Source: a virus (lineage: Duplodnaviria; Heunggongvirae; Uroviricota; Caudoviricetes). Taken from it: a stretch of 64,000 nucleotides of DNA. A model generated the notes under the pieces. The model was given only the letters and a program-made list of their open reading frames with translations, made no database searches and was not told the DNA's origin. Within the stretch, counting starts at the first letter, position 1, and each line of letters begins with the position of its first letter. The translations under genes and the position numbers were made by a program. The stretch spans positions 73,756 to 137,755 of the IMG/VR virus record IMGVR_UViG_3300028888_000043; one strand, written 5' to 3'. Below are positions 1 through 8,436 of this stretch, piece after piece.

Positions 1-330
1 CCAACTTCACGGTGGAGATGTCAACCGCAACAATGGAGTGATTATGAAAAAGTAATTAACTGATATCGACCGAGGGGTCTGAGGTCTGCACTGCACAGCC
101 CGAGAAACAGAAACGCCTCCGAGTGAGAGGAAACCCACAACAAGACAAAGGTACAGCAGCATAGAGGGAGTAGGAAGATGGTACTCTGTAGTCCCTGTGA
201 TGCCAAGGCCTTTTTTCTTTTACCCATCTGAACAGGGTGGGGTGGGGGAATTATGGTCTGAATTCAACCGAAAAAGGTCATTGTTTTTTTCACGGTCGCG
301 ACACGCGAAACCGAAAAAAGTTAAAATAAA

Positions 331-362
331 TTTGGTGGTTTCAGAAATTTGTTGTATCTTTG
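331..362 (+). promoter_or_regulatory. Bacteroidota sigma-A type promoter (-33 TTTG / -7 TAnnTTTG)
   Basis: TTTG 331-334, 20-bp spacer, TATCTTTG 355-362; matches the established Bacteroides consensus; upstream of ORF 399. Confidence 0.85.
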
Positions 363-398
363 TAATAGAAAAAGAGAACAATAGAAAACAACAATATT

Positions 399-635
399 AT
401 GAAAACAATTGATGCTCTCAAAGAAATCGCCTGGCAGGTATCCATTGAAGAATTTATGGATGATGAGAATGAGCAGGAATTGATTAACCGGATGAGAATG
501 TACATCAATGCCGGTCATGAGGAATTGGGACTGGATGCTGTCGTCATTGAATGGGCGGAAGATGCAACCGATGAGCAGATCATCACTGCCATCAATGAGT
601 ATATCGAAGAGATGAATGAAGGAAAATGGGATTAA
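399..635 (+). CDS. hypothetical acidic protein (78 aa)
   Basis: ORF directly downstream of promoter, A-rich leader. Confidence 0.7.
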   Translation: MKTIDALKEIAWQVSIEEFMDDENEQELINRMRMYINAGHEELGLDAVVIEWAEDATDEQIITAINEYIEEMNEGKWD

Positions 636-886
636 TAAAAATGGAAAAAGGTGTAATTCATAATCCAAGTAGATGGGAATATCAGGGATTTATGTCCTGC
701 TACAACCACAACTACTATCGAAACCGTGACACCGGAGAAGTCATCCTTGAAGACTGTGATGAATTCTATGGATACTGCGCTTTCTATGAAGTAACTCCCA
801 CTGGTGAACACTATCTCGGAGATGCTTATGCAGACTCATATGAGTGGTCACAAGAAGACGACATCATCCTTGAAGAATTTACTTGA
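626..886 (+). CDS. hypothetical protein (86 aa; start may be 641)
   Basis: Tightly packed ORF in operon. Confidence 0.65.
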   Translation: MGLIKMEKGVIHNPSRWEYQGFMSCYNHNYYRNRDTGEVILEDCDEFYGYCAFYEVTPTGEHYLGDAYADSYEWSQEDDIILEEFT

Positions 887-899
887 ACACAACATCACT

Positions 900-1313
900 A
901 TGGAAATCAATGAAATCCGTCAACGCATCGCGGAACTGGCCAAGGAAAAGGATATACTGGAAGGAAACCTCCAGGAGGCAATGGTCAGCGCCATCCGGGA
1001 AATCTCCAAGGAGAATCACTATGGTGTAAAGAAGATTGGTAATCATATGATGTCCATCTCCCTGTCCCAGATGACTGGTAGGCCCTGGTCACCAAAGTTC
1101 TATGACTGGGAGGATTCTGCAAAATCTGTACTGAAGTACCTGGAGAATACACCTGCAATCAACTGGAAAAAGAAACTGACAGATCTCCTGGAAAGCAATG
1201 GTGATGTGGCGGAACTCAAGAAGAGAGGAGTCATCTGGCCCGGATATACAGGTATTGTCGAGAGAACCCCGATTGACAAGGTGTTCATTGAGAAGATTAT
1301 TGAGAAAATCTGA
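900..1313 (+). CDS. hypothetical protein
   Basis: Track ORF 804..1313; start moved to ATG 900 (MEINEIRQ) to avoid overlap with previous gene. Confidence 0.7.
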   Translation: MEINEIRQRIAELAKEKDILEGNLQEAMVSAIREISKENHYGVKKIGNHMMSISLSQMTGRPWSPKFYDWEDSAKSVLKYLENTPAINWKKKLTDLLESNGDVAELKKRGVIWPGYTGIVERTPIDKVFIEKIIEKI

Positions 1314-1350
1314 CGACTGCGGACTGCGATTGAAAAAAAGTGTAGAAAAA

Positions 1351-1382
1351 TTTGCGTATGTCAAAAAAATGTTGTATCTTTG
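1351..1382 (+). promoter_or_regulatory. Bacteroidota sigma-A type promoter
   Basis: TTTG 1351-1354, N20, TATCTTTG 1375-1382. Confidence 0.85.
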
Positions 1383-1405
1383 TAATAGAAAAAGAGAACA
1401 ACAAT

Positions 1406-1543
1406 ATGACAATCATCAAGAAAATCCTCTGCCCCGCCTGCTATGGTAAAGGTTACTACCGTGACCACATCCATGATGGATACTGCTGGAAGTGCTATGG
1501 TAAAGGATACATTGATCAAGTAATAGAAATTCCTAACAAATAA
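1406..1543 (+). CDS. small zinc-finger protein with two CxxCxGxG (DnaJ-type) motifs
   Basis: CPACYGKG and CWKCYGKG; start moved to ATG 1406 downstream of promoter. Confidence 0.7.
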   Translation: MTIIKKILCPACYGKGYYRDHIHDGYCWKCYGKGYIDQVIEIPNK

Positions 1544-1556
1544 ACAACACAACATT

Positions 1557-2009
1557 ATGAAACACATCATCACCCTCCTCGCAATCGCAATCGCATCCGT
1601 CTCCCTCTCCGCCAAGGAAGTGGTCAAGAACCCTGTCACTGACATGACCCTTTCCGAGAACCTCGGAGTCTACACCATCACAGGCAAGTCCGGTGTCATC
1701 GTCCTCGGAACCAAGGAGATGGCCAAGGAGTTCCTCTCCAAGTCTTTTACCTCCTTTGCCAAGGAGAACATCAACAAGATCTTCAAGACCGGTGAAGACC
1801 AGTTCAATGTAGGGGAAGATGAATCAGGACTCTACATCATCAAGGCAGGACTCGGTGGTGCCAAGCTCCGTCAGTCTGACATCATCCTCTTCGGTTCTGC
1901 ACTCGGCGTGAAGTCCATCCTGGAATCTGACACCGCCAAGAAGCTTGGTTCTGCAACCAAGTCCGGCCTCAACAAGCTGGGAAAGAAACTTATAGAGATC
2001 ACTGAATAG
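1557..2009 (+). CDS. exported protein with Sec signal peptide
   Basis: MKHIITLLAIAIASVSLSA-KE N-terminus; strongly biased codons. Confidence 0.75.
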   Translation: MKHIITLLAIAIASVSLSAKEVVKNPVTDMTLSENLGVYTITGKSGVIVLGTKEMAKEFLSKSFTSFAKENINKIFKTGEDQFNVGEDESGLYIIKAGLGGAKLRQSDIILFGSALGVKSILESDTAKKLGSATKSGLNKLGKKLIEITE

Positions 2010-2036
2010 GAAATCTTGCAACTAATTGTCTGACAT

Positions 2037-2552
2037 ATGAAACACATTATCACTCTCATCTCCACCATCATCCTCATCATTCTCACTTCCTGTGGAGTCT
2101 CCACCCGTGTCACTTATGGTGACATCTCTGTCCTTGGTAATGATGGTCAGTCCATCCGTCAATGGGACAACTGTGCTATGGATGCAACTGTCATCGACCA
2201 CTCGTCTGGAACAATCAGTAAGACCTATGCCATCAGAGATGGTGGCGGCCTCGCCTTCACTGATGACAGTGGTGAATCCCACTATGTGACTGGTGGTGTC
2301 ATCATTGTGGACAACATCCATACAGAATATCAAGAAGAGAAACCCACATTGTCTAAGCCCGCCATTGATGTGGATGAACTTGTTGCAGAAAGTAAGCATC
2401 TCAAGAATCTCATCAAAGAAAAGCAGGACTATCTCAAATCTCACAAGCAATCTATGACATCTTCTGAGATTCAGGAATTGAATGATGAAATCAAGATTCT
2501 CAAAGCAGAAAATTCTGAAATAGAGAATCGTCTTAGAAGCAGATGGAATTAA
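2037..2552 (+). CDS. putative lipoprotein with C-terminal coiled coil
   Basis: MKHIITLISTIILIILTSC lipobox; heptad-rich C-terminus. Confidence 0.7.
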   Translation: MKHIITLISTIILIILTSCGVSTRVTYGDISVLGNDGQSIRQWDNCAMDATVIDHSSGTISKTYAIRDGGGLAFTDDSGESHYVTGGVIIVDNIHTEYQEEKPTLSKPAIDVDELVAESKHLKNLIKEKQDYLKSHKQSMTSSEIQELNDEIKILKAENSEIENRLRSRWN

Positions 2553-2577
2553 TAGAAGTAAAACCAACCAGACTCAT

Positions 2578-3108
2578 ATGACACCAATCATAGGAATCTA
2601 CCACCACCCGCAGGAATGCGGCGATCCGTTCCTCGCCATTGTCTCACAGCAGACCGGCGAGGTACTGGAGTATCTCACCATACCTGAAGACTACTACTGG
2701 TCAGGACAGGAACGTGTGGACATCTGCACTCCAGTCAGAACCTTCACCGAGCATATCTGTCAGGGTGGGCATGAACCGACTGTAGAGAATGTCAGAGTAC
2801 CCTCCACCTTTGGCGCCCATCCCCGGGATCACAAGTTCCGTCCTATCAAGGTCACCATCACACGCTATGACCCGGACATCATCCCCACCTGGGATGCCGA
2901 CGTCCTGGTGGAAGAGTACATCTCTGACTTCACCTTCAAGTATGACCAGGACAAGGACACCTTCTCCAAGACATTGGAGTCCCAAGGAATCCCGATGACC
3001 GAGTGGTCTCTCCCAGTCAGACAGAAGACCAATGTCCTGGACTTCCTCCGATCAGTCATCTCCTCCTACAAGGATTACCATCTGGTCAACCTCATCCAGA
3101 TAGGATGA
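2578..3108 (+). CDS. hypothetical protein (176 aa)
   Basis: ORF with C-ending codon bias, followed by hairpin. Confidence 0.7.
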   Translation: MTPIIGIYHHPQECGDPFLAIVSQQTGEVLEYLTIPEDYYWSGQERVDICTPVRTFTEHICQGGHEPTVENVRVPSTFGAHPRDHKFRPIKVTITRYDPDIIPTWDADVLVEEYISDFTFKYDQDKDTFSKTLESQGIPMTEWSLPVRQKTNVLDFLRSVISSYKDYHLVNLIQIG

Positions 3109-3112
3109 CATG

Positions 3113-3146
3113 GATGCCTCCCCACCCGGGAGGCATCACTCTTTCT
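3113..3146 (+). terminator. hairpin, probable terminator
   Basis: Perfect 10-bp stem gatgcctccc/gggaggcatc, weak pyrimidine tail. Confidence 0.6.
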
Positions 3147-3479
3147 CACCAAGAACTTGCTGAGAAAGAATTCCGACATTGCAGATCTTTTCTCAGCAAT
3201 TAATTCTCACATCCTGCTAATTATAACCGGCAATTGTTTTCAGGATTCAACTTCCATCTCACTTATTTTTCACCAGCAGAACCATAATCCTCATCTACAT
3301 CTCACAAGATCTGATCTGATTCCAGTGAATTTCACCCAATTTCATCTTTTTACCCTGGAAAAGCTTCCTGTTCTACCTCCTTCCCATAAGGTTTACCTGT
3401 TTGTGAAAAACATACACCCCCACATTTCTGGAATCTATTTTTCACCTTTTTTCACATTTTCACCAATTTCCCATTTTCC

Positions 3480-3722
3480 AGGGATCTCCAAAAATCACCA
3501 AAAACCACATTTTCACAAAAATCACCATTTTTCCACACGACTGCGATTTCGCCCAAAATCGCCATTTTCCCAAAAACCCACTTTTTGACCTTTTCCCCCA
3601 AAATGGCCAAAATGGCAGATCTACCCAAAATCACCAAAATGCCAAAAATACCCATTTTCCCCAAAATGCCCAAAATGGCCAAAAACCCAAAAATGGCCAA
3701 AATGCCCAAAAATGGCCTTTTC
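3480..3722. repeat. phased A-tract tandem array (ccaaaatg-like units, about 9-10 bp period)
   Basis: Units ccaaaatgg, ccaaaatca, ccaaaaatac, ccaaaatgc, ccaaaaatgg repeated; densest at 3598-3722. Confidence 0.85.
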
Positions 3723-3979
3723 TGGGAATAGGGTCAAAATTGCGATTTCGGGGCGATCGTGGTAAACACACCCCACACGCACTACACAGGACAGATAATT
3801 GAATAAACCACTGGGAGTTCTGTCTATATTTTTTAAGTCTATTCATTAGTACCTCTATTTCAGACACTTATGTAAATCATTGATTTTCAGTATATTTCAG
3901 AACAGATTTTTCTAAAATTGTGGAAGAAAGTGGAATAAAATGTCAAAAAATGGTAGTGGATGTCCAAAATGATAGAAAT

Positions 3980-4011
3980 TTTGTGAAAATAAGGATCTAT
4001 AAGTATATTTG
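3980..4011 (+). promoter_or_regulatory. Bacteroidota sigma-A type promoter
   Basis: TTTG 3980-3983, N20, TATATTTG 4004-4011; a second TATATTTG at 4028-4035. Confidence 0.7.
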
Positions 4012-4060
4012 AAAAAGGATCTATGAGTATATTTGGGAAGAGATCTATAAAGTATATTGG
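3991..4060 (+). repeat. three ~21-bp direct repeats (RGATCTAT..AGTATATT)
   Basis: aaggatctataagtatatttg 3991-4011, aaggatctatgagtatatttg 4015-4035, gagatctataaagtatattgg 4040-4060. Confidence 0.85.
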
Positions 4061-4416
4061 TGAAGGGTGCTTATGTGGTGGATGTCGACAGATATATGTA
4101 TTTGAATCTTGAGGATGATGTAAAGGAAGTGAAGATGGATTTCGGACCGGTGTATGTGTTCACCAGGTTCGGGCTGGATGACTTGAAGTTCCTTTACAAG
4201 AAGGAGAGGAAGGAAGAGGTGGAGAACTATATAGGTAATTATATGTATAGGGATGGAAGGTTCGCTATGAAGAAGGACTTTGTGTTTGATGTGAAGTATG
4301 AAAGTGGAGACAGGAAGGGAATGCTGATGAATGCATTTATTAAGGACGCTGTGTTTCCGGAGGATGACGGAATGATAGAGGTGAAGTTGGTTTGCGACTA
4401 TGTGAATAGGTTTTAG
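4057..4416 (+). CDS. hypothetical protein (start uncertain, TTG)
   Basis: 119-aa ORF between promoter and terminator; G/T-ending codons. Confidence 0.6.
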   Translation: MVKGAYVVDVDRYMYLNLEDDVKEVKMDFGPVYVFTRFGLDDLKFLYKKERKEEVENYIGNYMYRDGRFAMKKDFVFDVKYESGDRKGMLMNAFIKDAVFPEDDGMIEVKLVCDYVNRF

Positions 4417-4422
4417 AATTGA

Positions 4423-4448
4423 AAAAGACTTCCATATGGAGGTCTTTT
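4423..4448 (+). terminator. rho-independent terminator
   Basis: aaaagacttcc/ggaggtctttt stem. Confidence 0.7.
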
Positions 4449-4450
4449 CT

Positions 4451-4458
4451 CATAAATA
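4451..4458 (+). promoter_or_regulatory. putative phage late promoter CATAAATA
   Basis: Recurrent intergenic octamer; 17-bp cataaatagagtatata also at 5212. Confidence 0.65.
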
Positions 4459-4484
4459 GAGTATATAAGTAAGCATGTAACAAA

Positions 4485-5132
4485 ATGAAATACATAAGAT
4501 TGTTTGATAACCAGCAGGACTTTCAGAGCGTATATAATGAGACTCCGACATTCGAGACAATTTCCATATGTAAAAATGACAGGACTGTATATCATCCATA
4601 TGCCGGTCAAGTAGGAAACCTATATAAATGGGGAGATTCATTATATACATCTGTTAGGAATCCTTTATATCATTCTTGGACCATGATTCTTGACAGTTCC
4701 GGAAATGAAACAAATGAATATGTAGATGATGTAAATGAAAGGCTTGTTTATAGTGGCGGATATGATGAACCATGGGTAAGTTATGTACCAAATAATGGAA
4801 TTTATTACACAAAGAGCAAGTTATATACAGGTGGAAGTCTCTTGGATTTAAGAGACATCGAGAACAATCCGAATGTTGTACCCGCTCAATATAATAGTTC
4901 CATAAGTTCAGTAGTGGATAAGTATTATCATTATGCATTAAAAGATTTCATTCTTGACTACTGGGGAACCACGATTCAGTATATACTTATGGATTGGGAT
5001 GAGAACGGATGGGTTTATAATTTTGCTGGTAAGATGAAAGTTGCAAGATGGGATGATGGAGTATATATGTTACCTGGATGTTGGATAGAGTTACAAGAAA
5101 ATAACAGGTTACACTTGTACATAAATGATTAA
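4485..5132 (+). CDS. hypothetical protein, family with 5427 and 18824 (shared N-terminal and EPWVS motifs)
   Basis: MKYIRLFDNQQDF... and YDEPWVSY resemble the two LRR genes. Confidence 0.75.
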   Translation: MKYIRLFDNQQDFQSVYNETPTFETISICKNDRTVYHPYAGQVGNLYKWGDSLYTSVRNPLYHSWTMILDSSGNETNEYVDDVNERLVYSGGYDEPWVSYVPNNGIYYTKSKLYTGGSLLDLRDIENNPNVVPAQYNSSISSVVDKYYHYALKDFILDYWGTTIQYILMDWDENGWVYNFAGKMKVARWDDGVYMLPGCWIELQENNRLHLYIND

Positions 5133-5134
5133 TT

Positions 5135-5162
5135 GGAGTGAAGAGATTCACTCCTTTTTTTT
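5135..5162 (+). terminator. rho-independent terminator
   Basis: ggagtgaa/ttcactcc stem plus T-tract. Confidence 0.8.
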
Positions 5163-5234
5163 GTGTGTGAAAAAAAATCTCTTGAGAATTGCGGACGGGT
5201 TGTGGAAAAGTCATAAATAGAGTATATATGGAAA

Positions 5235-5411
5235 ATGAAATATAGACCAGAACCAATTGGCCAATGGCATTTATTACAGTATCGGATCATCCGGTTCCAT
5301 AAACACATCCGGTATGAGCAGGATGGTGGGTTTGTGTGTGAGGGGTATTATCATTGTAAATCTTATCCTGTTATAAACAAGCATATATACAACCAAGAAG
5401 AATCTTATTAA
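5235..5411 (+). CDS. small hypothetical protein (58 aa, not in ORF track)
   Basis: MKYRPEPIGQW...NQEESY fills the gap after CATAAATA at 5212. Confidence 0.4.
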   Translation: MKYRPEPIGQWHLLQYRIIRFHKHIRYEQDGGFVCEGYYHCKSYPVINKHIYNQEESY

Positions 5412-5426
5412 GATAAAAACAAAGAT

Positions 5427-6998
5427 ATGAAACATTTCAAATATTTCGAGACAGAGACTGCATACAATACTGAAAGGAATGGGAACTACATAGAACCCTG
5501 GGTGAGTTGGACTGATGACAAGGGGGTTGGATATAATAAGAAAAAATATGAACCTCTCACATTCAAGATATTGAGTGATGGAAATATTGGATGGAAAGCA
5601 TATAATAGTAGTTCAGTCAGGACAATCCAATATTCCAAGAATGGGGGAGAATGGACTGACATCACATCAACCACAGAAGGAACGACCATACCAGTTGTGA
5701 CTGGTGATGTATTGAGATTCAAAGGTGAGGCTTGGCCTGGAAGTGCATACAATAATTATAATCAATTCACATCAACATGTACATTTGCAGCATCTGGTAA
5801 TCCGGGGAGTCTGAAGTATGGTGAAGTGACTTATGGGGATGAACCATTAGGAACATATTGTTATGGTTATATGTTCAAAGATTGCACTGGTATGACAACA
5901 GCACCTAAACTTCCGGCCACTATGGCAGCAAGTAGTTGTTATAGGAGTATGTTCTATGGTTGTACAAGTCTAACAACAGCACCGGAACTTCCTGCCACGA
6001 CATTGGCAAGTAGTTGTTATTATGAGATGTTCAGAGATTGTACCAGTCTGACAACAGCACCAGAACTTCCAGCCACTACAGCGGCAAATTATTGTTATGG
6101 TTTTATGTTCCAAGACTGTACCAGTCTGACAACGGCACCACCTGAACTTCCTGCAACCACATTGGTAAATTATTGTTATGGGTGTATGTTCTATGGTTGT
6201 ACCAGTCTGACAACAGCACCAGCACTTCCTGCAACCACACTGATGAATAATTGTTATTGGGAGATGTTCTATGGTTGCACCAGTCTGACAATAGCACCAG
6301 CACTTCCTGCAACGACATTGGCAAATAGTTGTTATAAGAGTATGTTCTATGGCTGTACCAGTCTGACAACAGCACCAGCACTTCCAGCCACTACATCGAA
6401 ACAGGAATGCTGTTATGAGATGTTCTATGGTTGCACCAGTCTGACAATAGCACCAGCACTTCCTGCAACCACACTGGAACAGGGTTGTTATAGGGAGATG
6501 TTCTATGGTTGCACCAGTCTGACAACACCACCACCAGAACTTCCTGCAACCACGTTAGCAAATTCTTGCTATTATGATATGTTCTATGGTTGCACCAGTC
6601 TGACAACAGCACCAGCACTTCCTGCAACCACGTTGACAAATTATTGTTATTGGCGTATGTTCTGTGGTTGTACCAGTCTCACTACTGCACCTGAACTTCC
6701 AGCCACAACATTGGCACCAAATTGTTATAATAGTATGTTCCAAGGTTGTACAAGTCTCACTACCGCACCAGAACTTCCAGCAACAACATTGGTAGATAAT
6801 TGTTATAGTAATATGTTCCAAGATTGCAGTAATTTAAATTATGTGAAATGTCTTGCAACTAATATATCTGCAACTGGGGCACTATCTTGGTGGTTATATA
6901 GAGTCCCATCCACTGGTACATTCTACAAGGCAACAGGTGTCACATATCCATCAGGAAAATCAGGTATCCCAAGTGGTTGGACAGTTGTTGAGGTTTAA
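5427..6998 (+). CDS. BspA-like (TpLRR/LRR_5-type) leucine-rich repeat protein, probable virion adhesin
   Basis: 12 full plus 1 partial 26-27 aa repeats xCYxxMFxGCTSLTTAPxLPATTLxx; C-terminal GIPSGWTV cap. Confidence 0.8.
   Translation: MKHFKYFETETAYNTERNGNYIEPWVSWTDDKGVGYNKKKYEPLTFKILSDGNIGWKAYNSSSVRTIQYSKNGGEWTDITSTTEGTTIPVVTGDVLRFKGEAWPGSAYNNYNQFTSTCTFAASGNPGSLKYGEVTYGDEPLGTYCYGYMFKDCTGMTTAPKLPATMAASSCYRSMFYGCTSLTTAPELPATTLASSCYYEMFRDCTSLTTAPELPATTAANYCYGFMFQDCTSLTTAPPELPATTLVNYCYGCMFYGCTSLTTAPALPATTLMNNCYWEMFYGCTSLTIAPALPATTLANSCYKSMFYGCTSLTTAPALPATTSKQECCYEMFYGCTSLTIAPALPATTLEQGCYREMFYGCTSLTTPPPELPATTLANSCYYDMFYGCTSLTTAPALPATTLTNYCYWRMFCGCTSLTTAPELPATTLAPNCYNSMFQGCTSLTTAPELPATTLVDNCYSNMFQDCSNLNYVKCLATNISATGALSWWLYRVPSTGTFYKATGVTYPSGKSGIPSGWTVVEV
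5856..6830 (+). repeat. intragenic 78/81-bp tandem repeat array
   Basis: Near-identical DNA units such as tgttctatggttgcaccagtctgacaa-cagcaccagcacttcctgcaacc. Confidence 0.9.
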
Positions 6999-7027
6999 GA
7001 AGGATAATAAATATCCTTCTTTTTTTT
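6998..7027 (+). terminator. rho-independent terminator
   Basis: agaaggata/tatccttct stem plus T-tract. Confidence 0.8.
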
Positions 7028-7056
7028 GGATATGTCAGATTTTTATGTTATATTTG
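7025..7056 (+). promoter_or_regulatory. Bacteroidota sigma-A type promoter
   Basis: TTTG 7025-7028, N20, TATATTTG 7049-7056. Confidence 0.85.
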
Positions 7057-7074
7057 TTATAGAGAGAAAATATT

Positions 7075-7269
7075 ATGAAGACTGAAATTGAAAACAGTAT
7101 GATCAGGAAGGTCATAGACAAATCCTACTCATCAGGATATAATGAGGCGGTGAGGAAGGCTGTGGAATGGTTGGAAAAGTATGCCGACAACTATGTATGG
7201 TGGTTTGAAGGTGAGGGTGGTGTGACAGATGAGTTCATTGATGATTTTAAAAAGGCAATGGAGAAATGA
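7075..7269 (+). CDS. hypothetical protein
   Basis: First ORF after promoter; GYNEAVRKAVEWL motif typical of small phage proteins. Confidence 0.7.
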   Translation: MKTEIENSMIRKVIDKSYSSGYNEAVRKAVEWLEKYADNYVWWFEGEGGVTDEFIDDFKKAMEK

Positions 7270-7275
7270 CAAAAT

Positions 7276-7509
7276 ATGAAAGAGTATAAGGAAATACACC
7301 CCTTCAACCGGTTGTCTGGTTGGAGTATCAATGAAAATGACAAGTTCAGAGAGAAACCCCCTATTGTCATCAGACTGGACACCATCAGACAGATTGTACC
7401 ATTGACGGATAAATTCACCACACTCAAGGTGAGTGAGGACTGCTTTGAGGACATCATTGTCACCAAAGAAGAGGGGGATGAAATCAAGGGGGTTCTTCTT
7501 GGTGAATGA
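7276..7509 (+). CDS. hypothetical protein
   Basis: Operon packing. Confidence 0.65.
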   Translation: MKEYKEIHPFNRLSGWSINENDKFREKPPIVIRLDTIRQIVPLTDKFTTLKVSEDCFEDIIVTKEEGDEIKGVLLGE

Positions 7510-8036
7510 GAAAACAGGGTCATATGAAAAATAGTATGAAAGAAATGACTAAAAAGAAAGACATCAGACAACTGGAGTTCTACCTGAATGGGAAACTGTA
7601 CAAGTCCTGTCCTTATTCCCAGTGGGATAAAGTAAGTGACAATATCAAAAATATGCTCAGCAAGAATAAATATGCACATAGTTATTCAAGTGAGTATACA
7701 AACAGACTCCCAGACACCTGGGAGGTATATGTCCTTCCTGAAAAGTACAAGGTGATAGTGGTGAGTCACAGGATTTTTACTGGTCACTATGACAGAAAGG
7801 GGAACAAGATTTATGATGGGGATAAGGTCAAAACCCCCTATGGGTTTGAGTCACGGGTTCACAAACATTGGGATGATCCGGACCATTACTATGTAAGGGA
7901 ATATGGTTTGAGAGACAGGACTACTGATTATGACATTGAGGATTGGTCTCAATTTGAAAAGGTTGAGGATGTAATCAAAACCCCCAGGAAGTTCTGGAAC
8001 GAACCAGAGATGACAGATGAGAATATTCTAAAATAA
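7506..8036 (+). CDS. hypothetical protein with YopX-like motif
   Basis: FTGHYDRKGNKIYDGDKV resembles YopX TGxxDxNGxxIYEGDI. Confidence 0.55.
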   Translation: MRKQGHMKNSMKEMTKKKDIRQLEFYLNGKLYKSCPYSQWDKVSDNIKNMLSKNKYAHSYSSEYTNRLPDTWEVYVLPEKYKVIVVSHRIFTGHYDRKGNKIYDGDKVKTPYGFESRVHKHWDDPDHYYVREYGLRDRTTDYDIEDWSQFEKVEDVIKTPRKFWNEPEMTDENILK

Positions 8037-8043
8037 ATCAATT

Positions 8044-8436
8044 ATGTTTTCAAGTAATCAGGTTTTTGAAGTGTCTGGTGAGATGGACCAGCTGGAGATG
8101 ACAATCAAGTTTGCCATTGATATGCATGGTAAGGGTAAAAATGGTATTACATATCAGATAACCAAAGGCGGTAAGTATTGTCTTGGGTGGTATGCCGATG
8201 GAAATTGGAAGAATTTCCCATTTGACTTTGACCCCCACATTGTGGCAGAGATTGTAAAACAACATCTGAAAAAACAGGAATGTGAAAACCCCTATTCCTG
8301 GTCTGATGGAAGCAATGAGAAGGGGTTTCTGATGAAGGTCATTCCACAGACATTTTCTTCTGAAGAGAATGGTATCAAGGAACCTTTCTATGGGATTGTG
8401 AGTATTGAACCCTTTATGAATTTTTATGCAAAATAA
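8044..8436 (+). CDS. hypothetical protein
   Basis: Operon packing. Confidence 0.7.
   Translation: MFSSNQVFEVSGEMDQLEMTIKFAIDMHGKGKNGITYQITKGGKYCLGWYADGNWKNFPFDFDPHIVAEIVKQHLKKQECENPYSWSDGSNEKGFLMKVIPQTFSSEENGIKEPFYGIVSIEPFMNFYAK

Larger units (their letters stand above)
350..1401 (+). repeat. 32-bp direct repeat pair (350-381 and 1370-1401)
   Basis: Identical tgttgtatctttgtaatagaaaaagagaacaa at both sites, covering the -7 element and 5' leader. Confidence 0.95.

Noticed and set aside
75-140. Hammerhead ribozyme (CTGA...GAAA)
   Set aside because: Core reads CTGAGGT rather than CUGANGA, and the three stems cannot be formed
3157-3867. Track ORFs 3157..3588, 3452..3709 and 3631..3867
   Set aside because: Low-complexity translations of the A-tract and skewed DNA with no promoter or operon context
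3480-4060. CRISPR array
   Set aside because: Repeats are short, degenerate and lack unique 30-40 bp spacers; no cas genes
5427-6998. Diversity-generating retroelement acting on the LRR gene
   Set aside because: No reverse transcriptase and no separate template repeat in the window; variation is not confined to adenines
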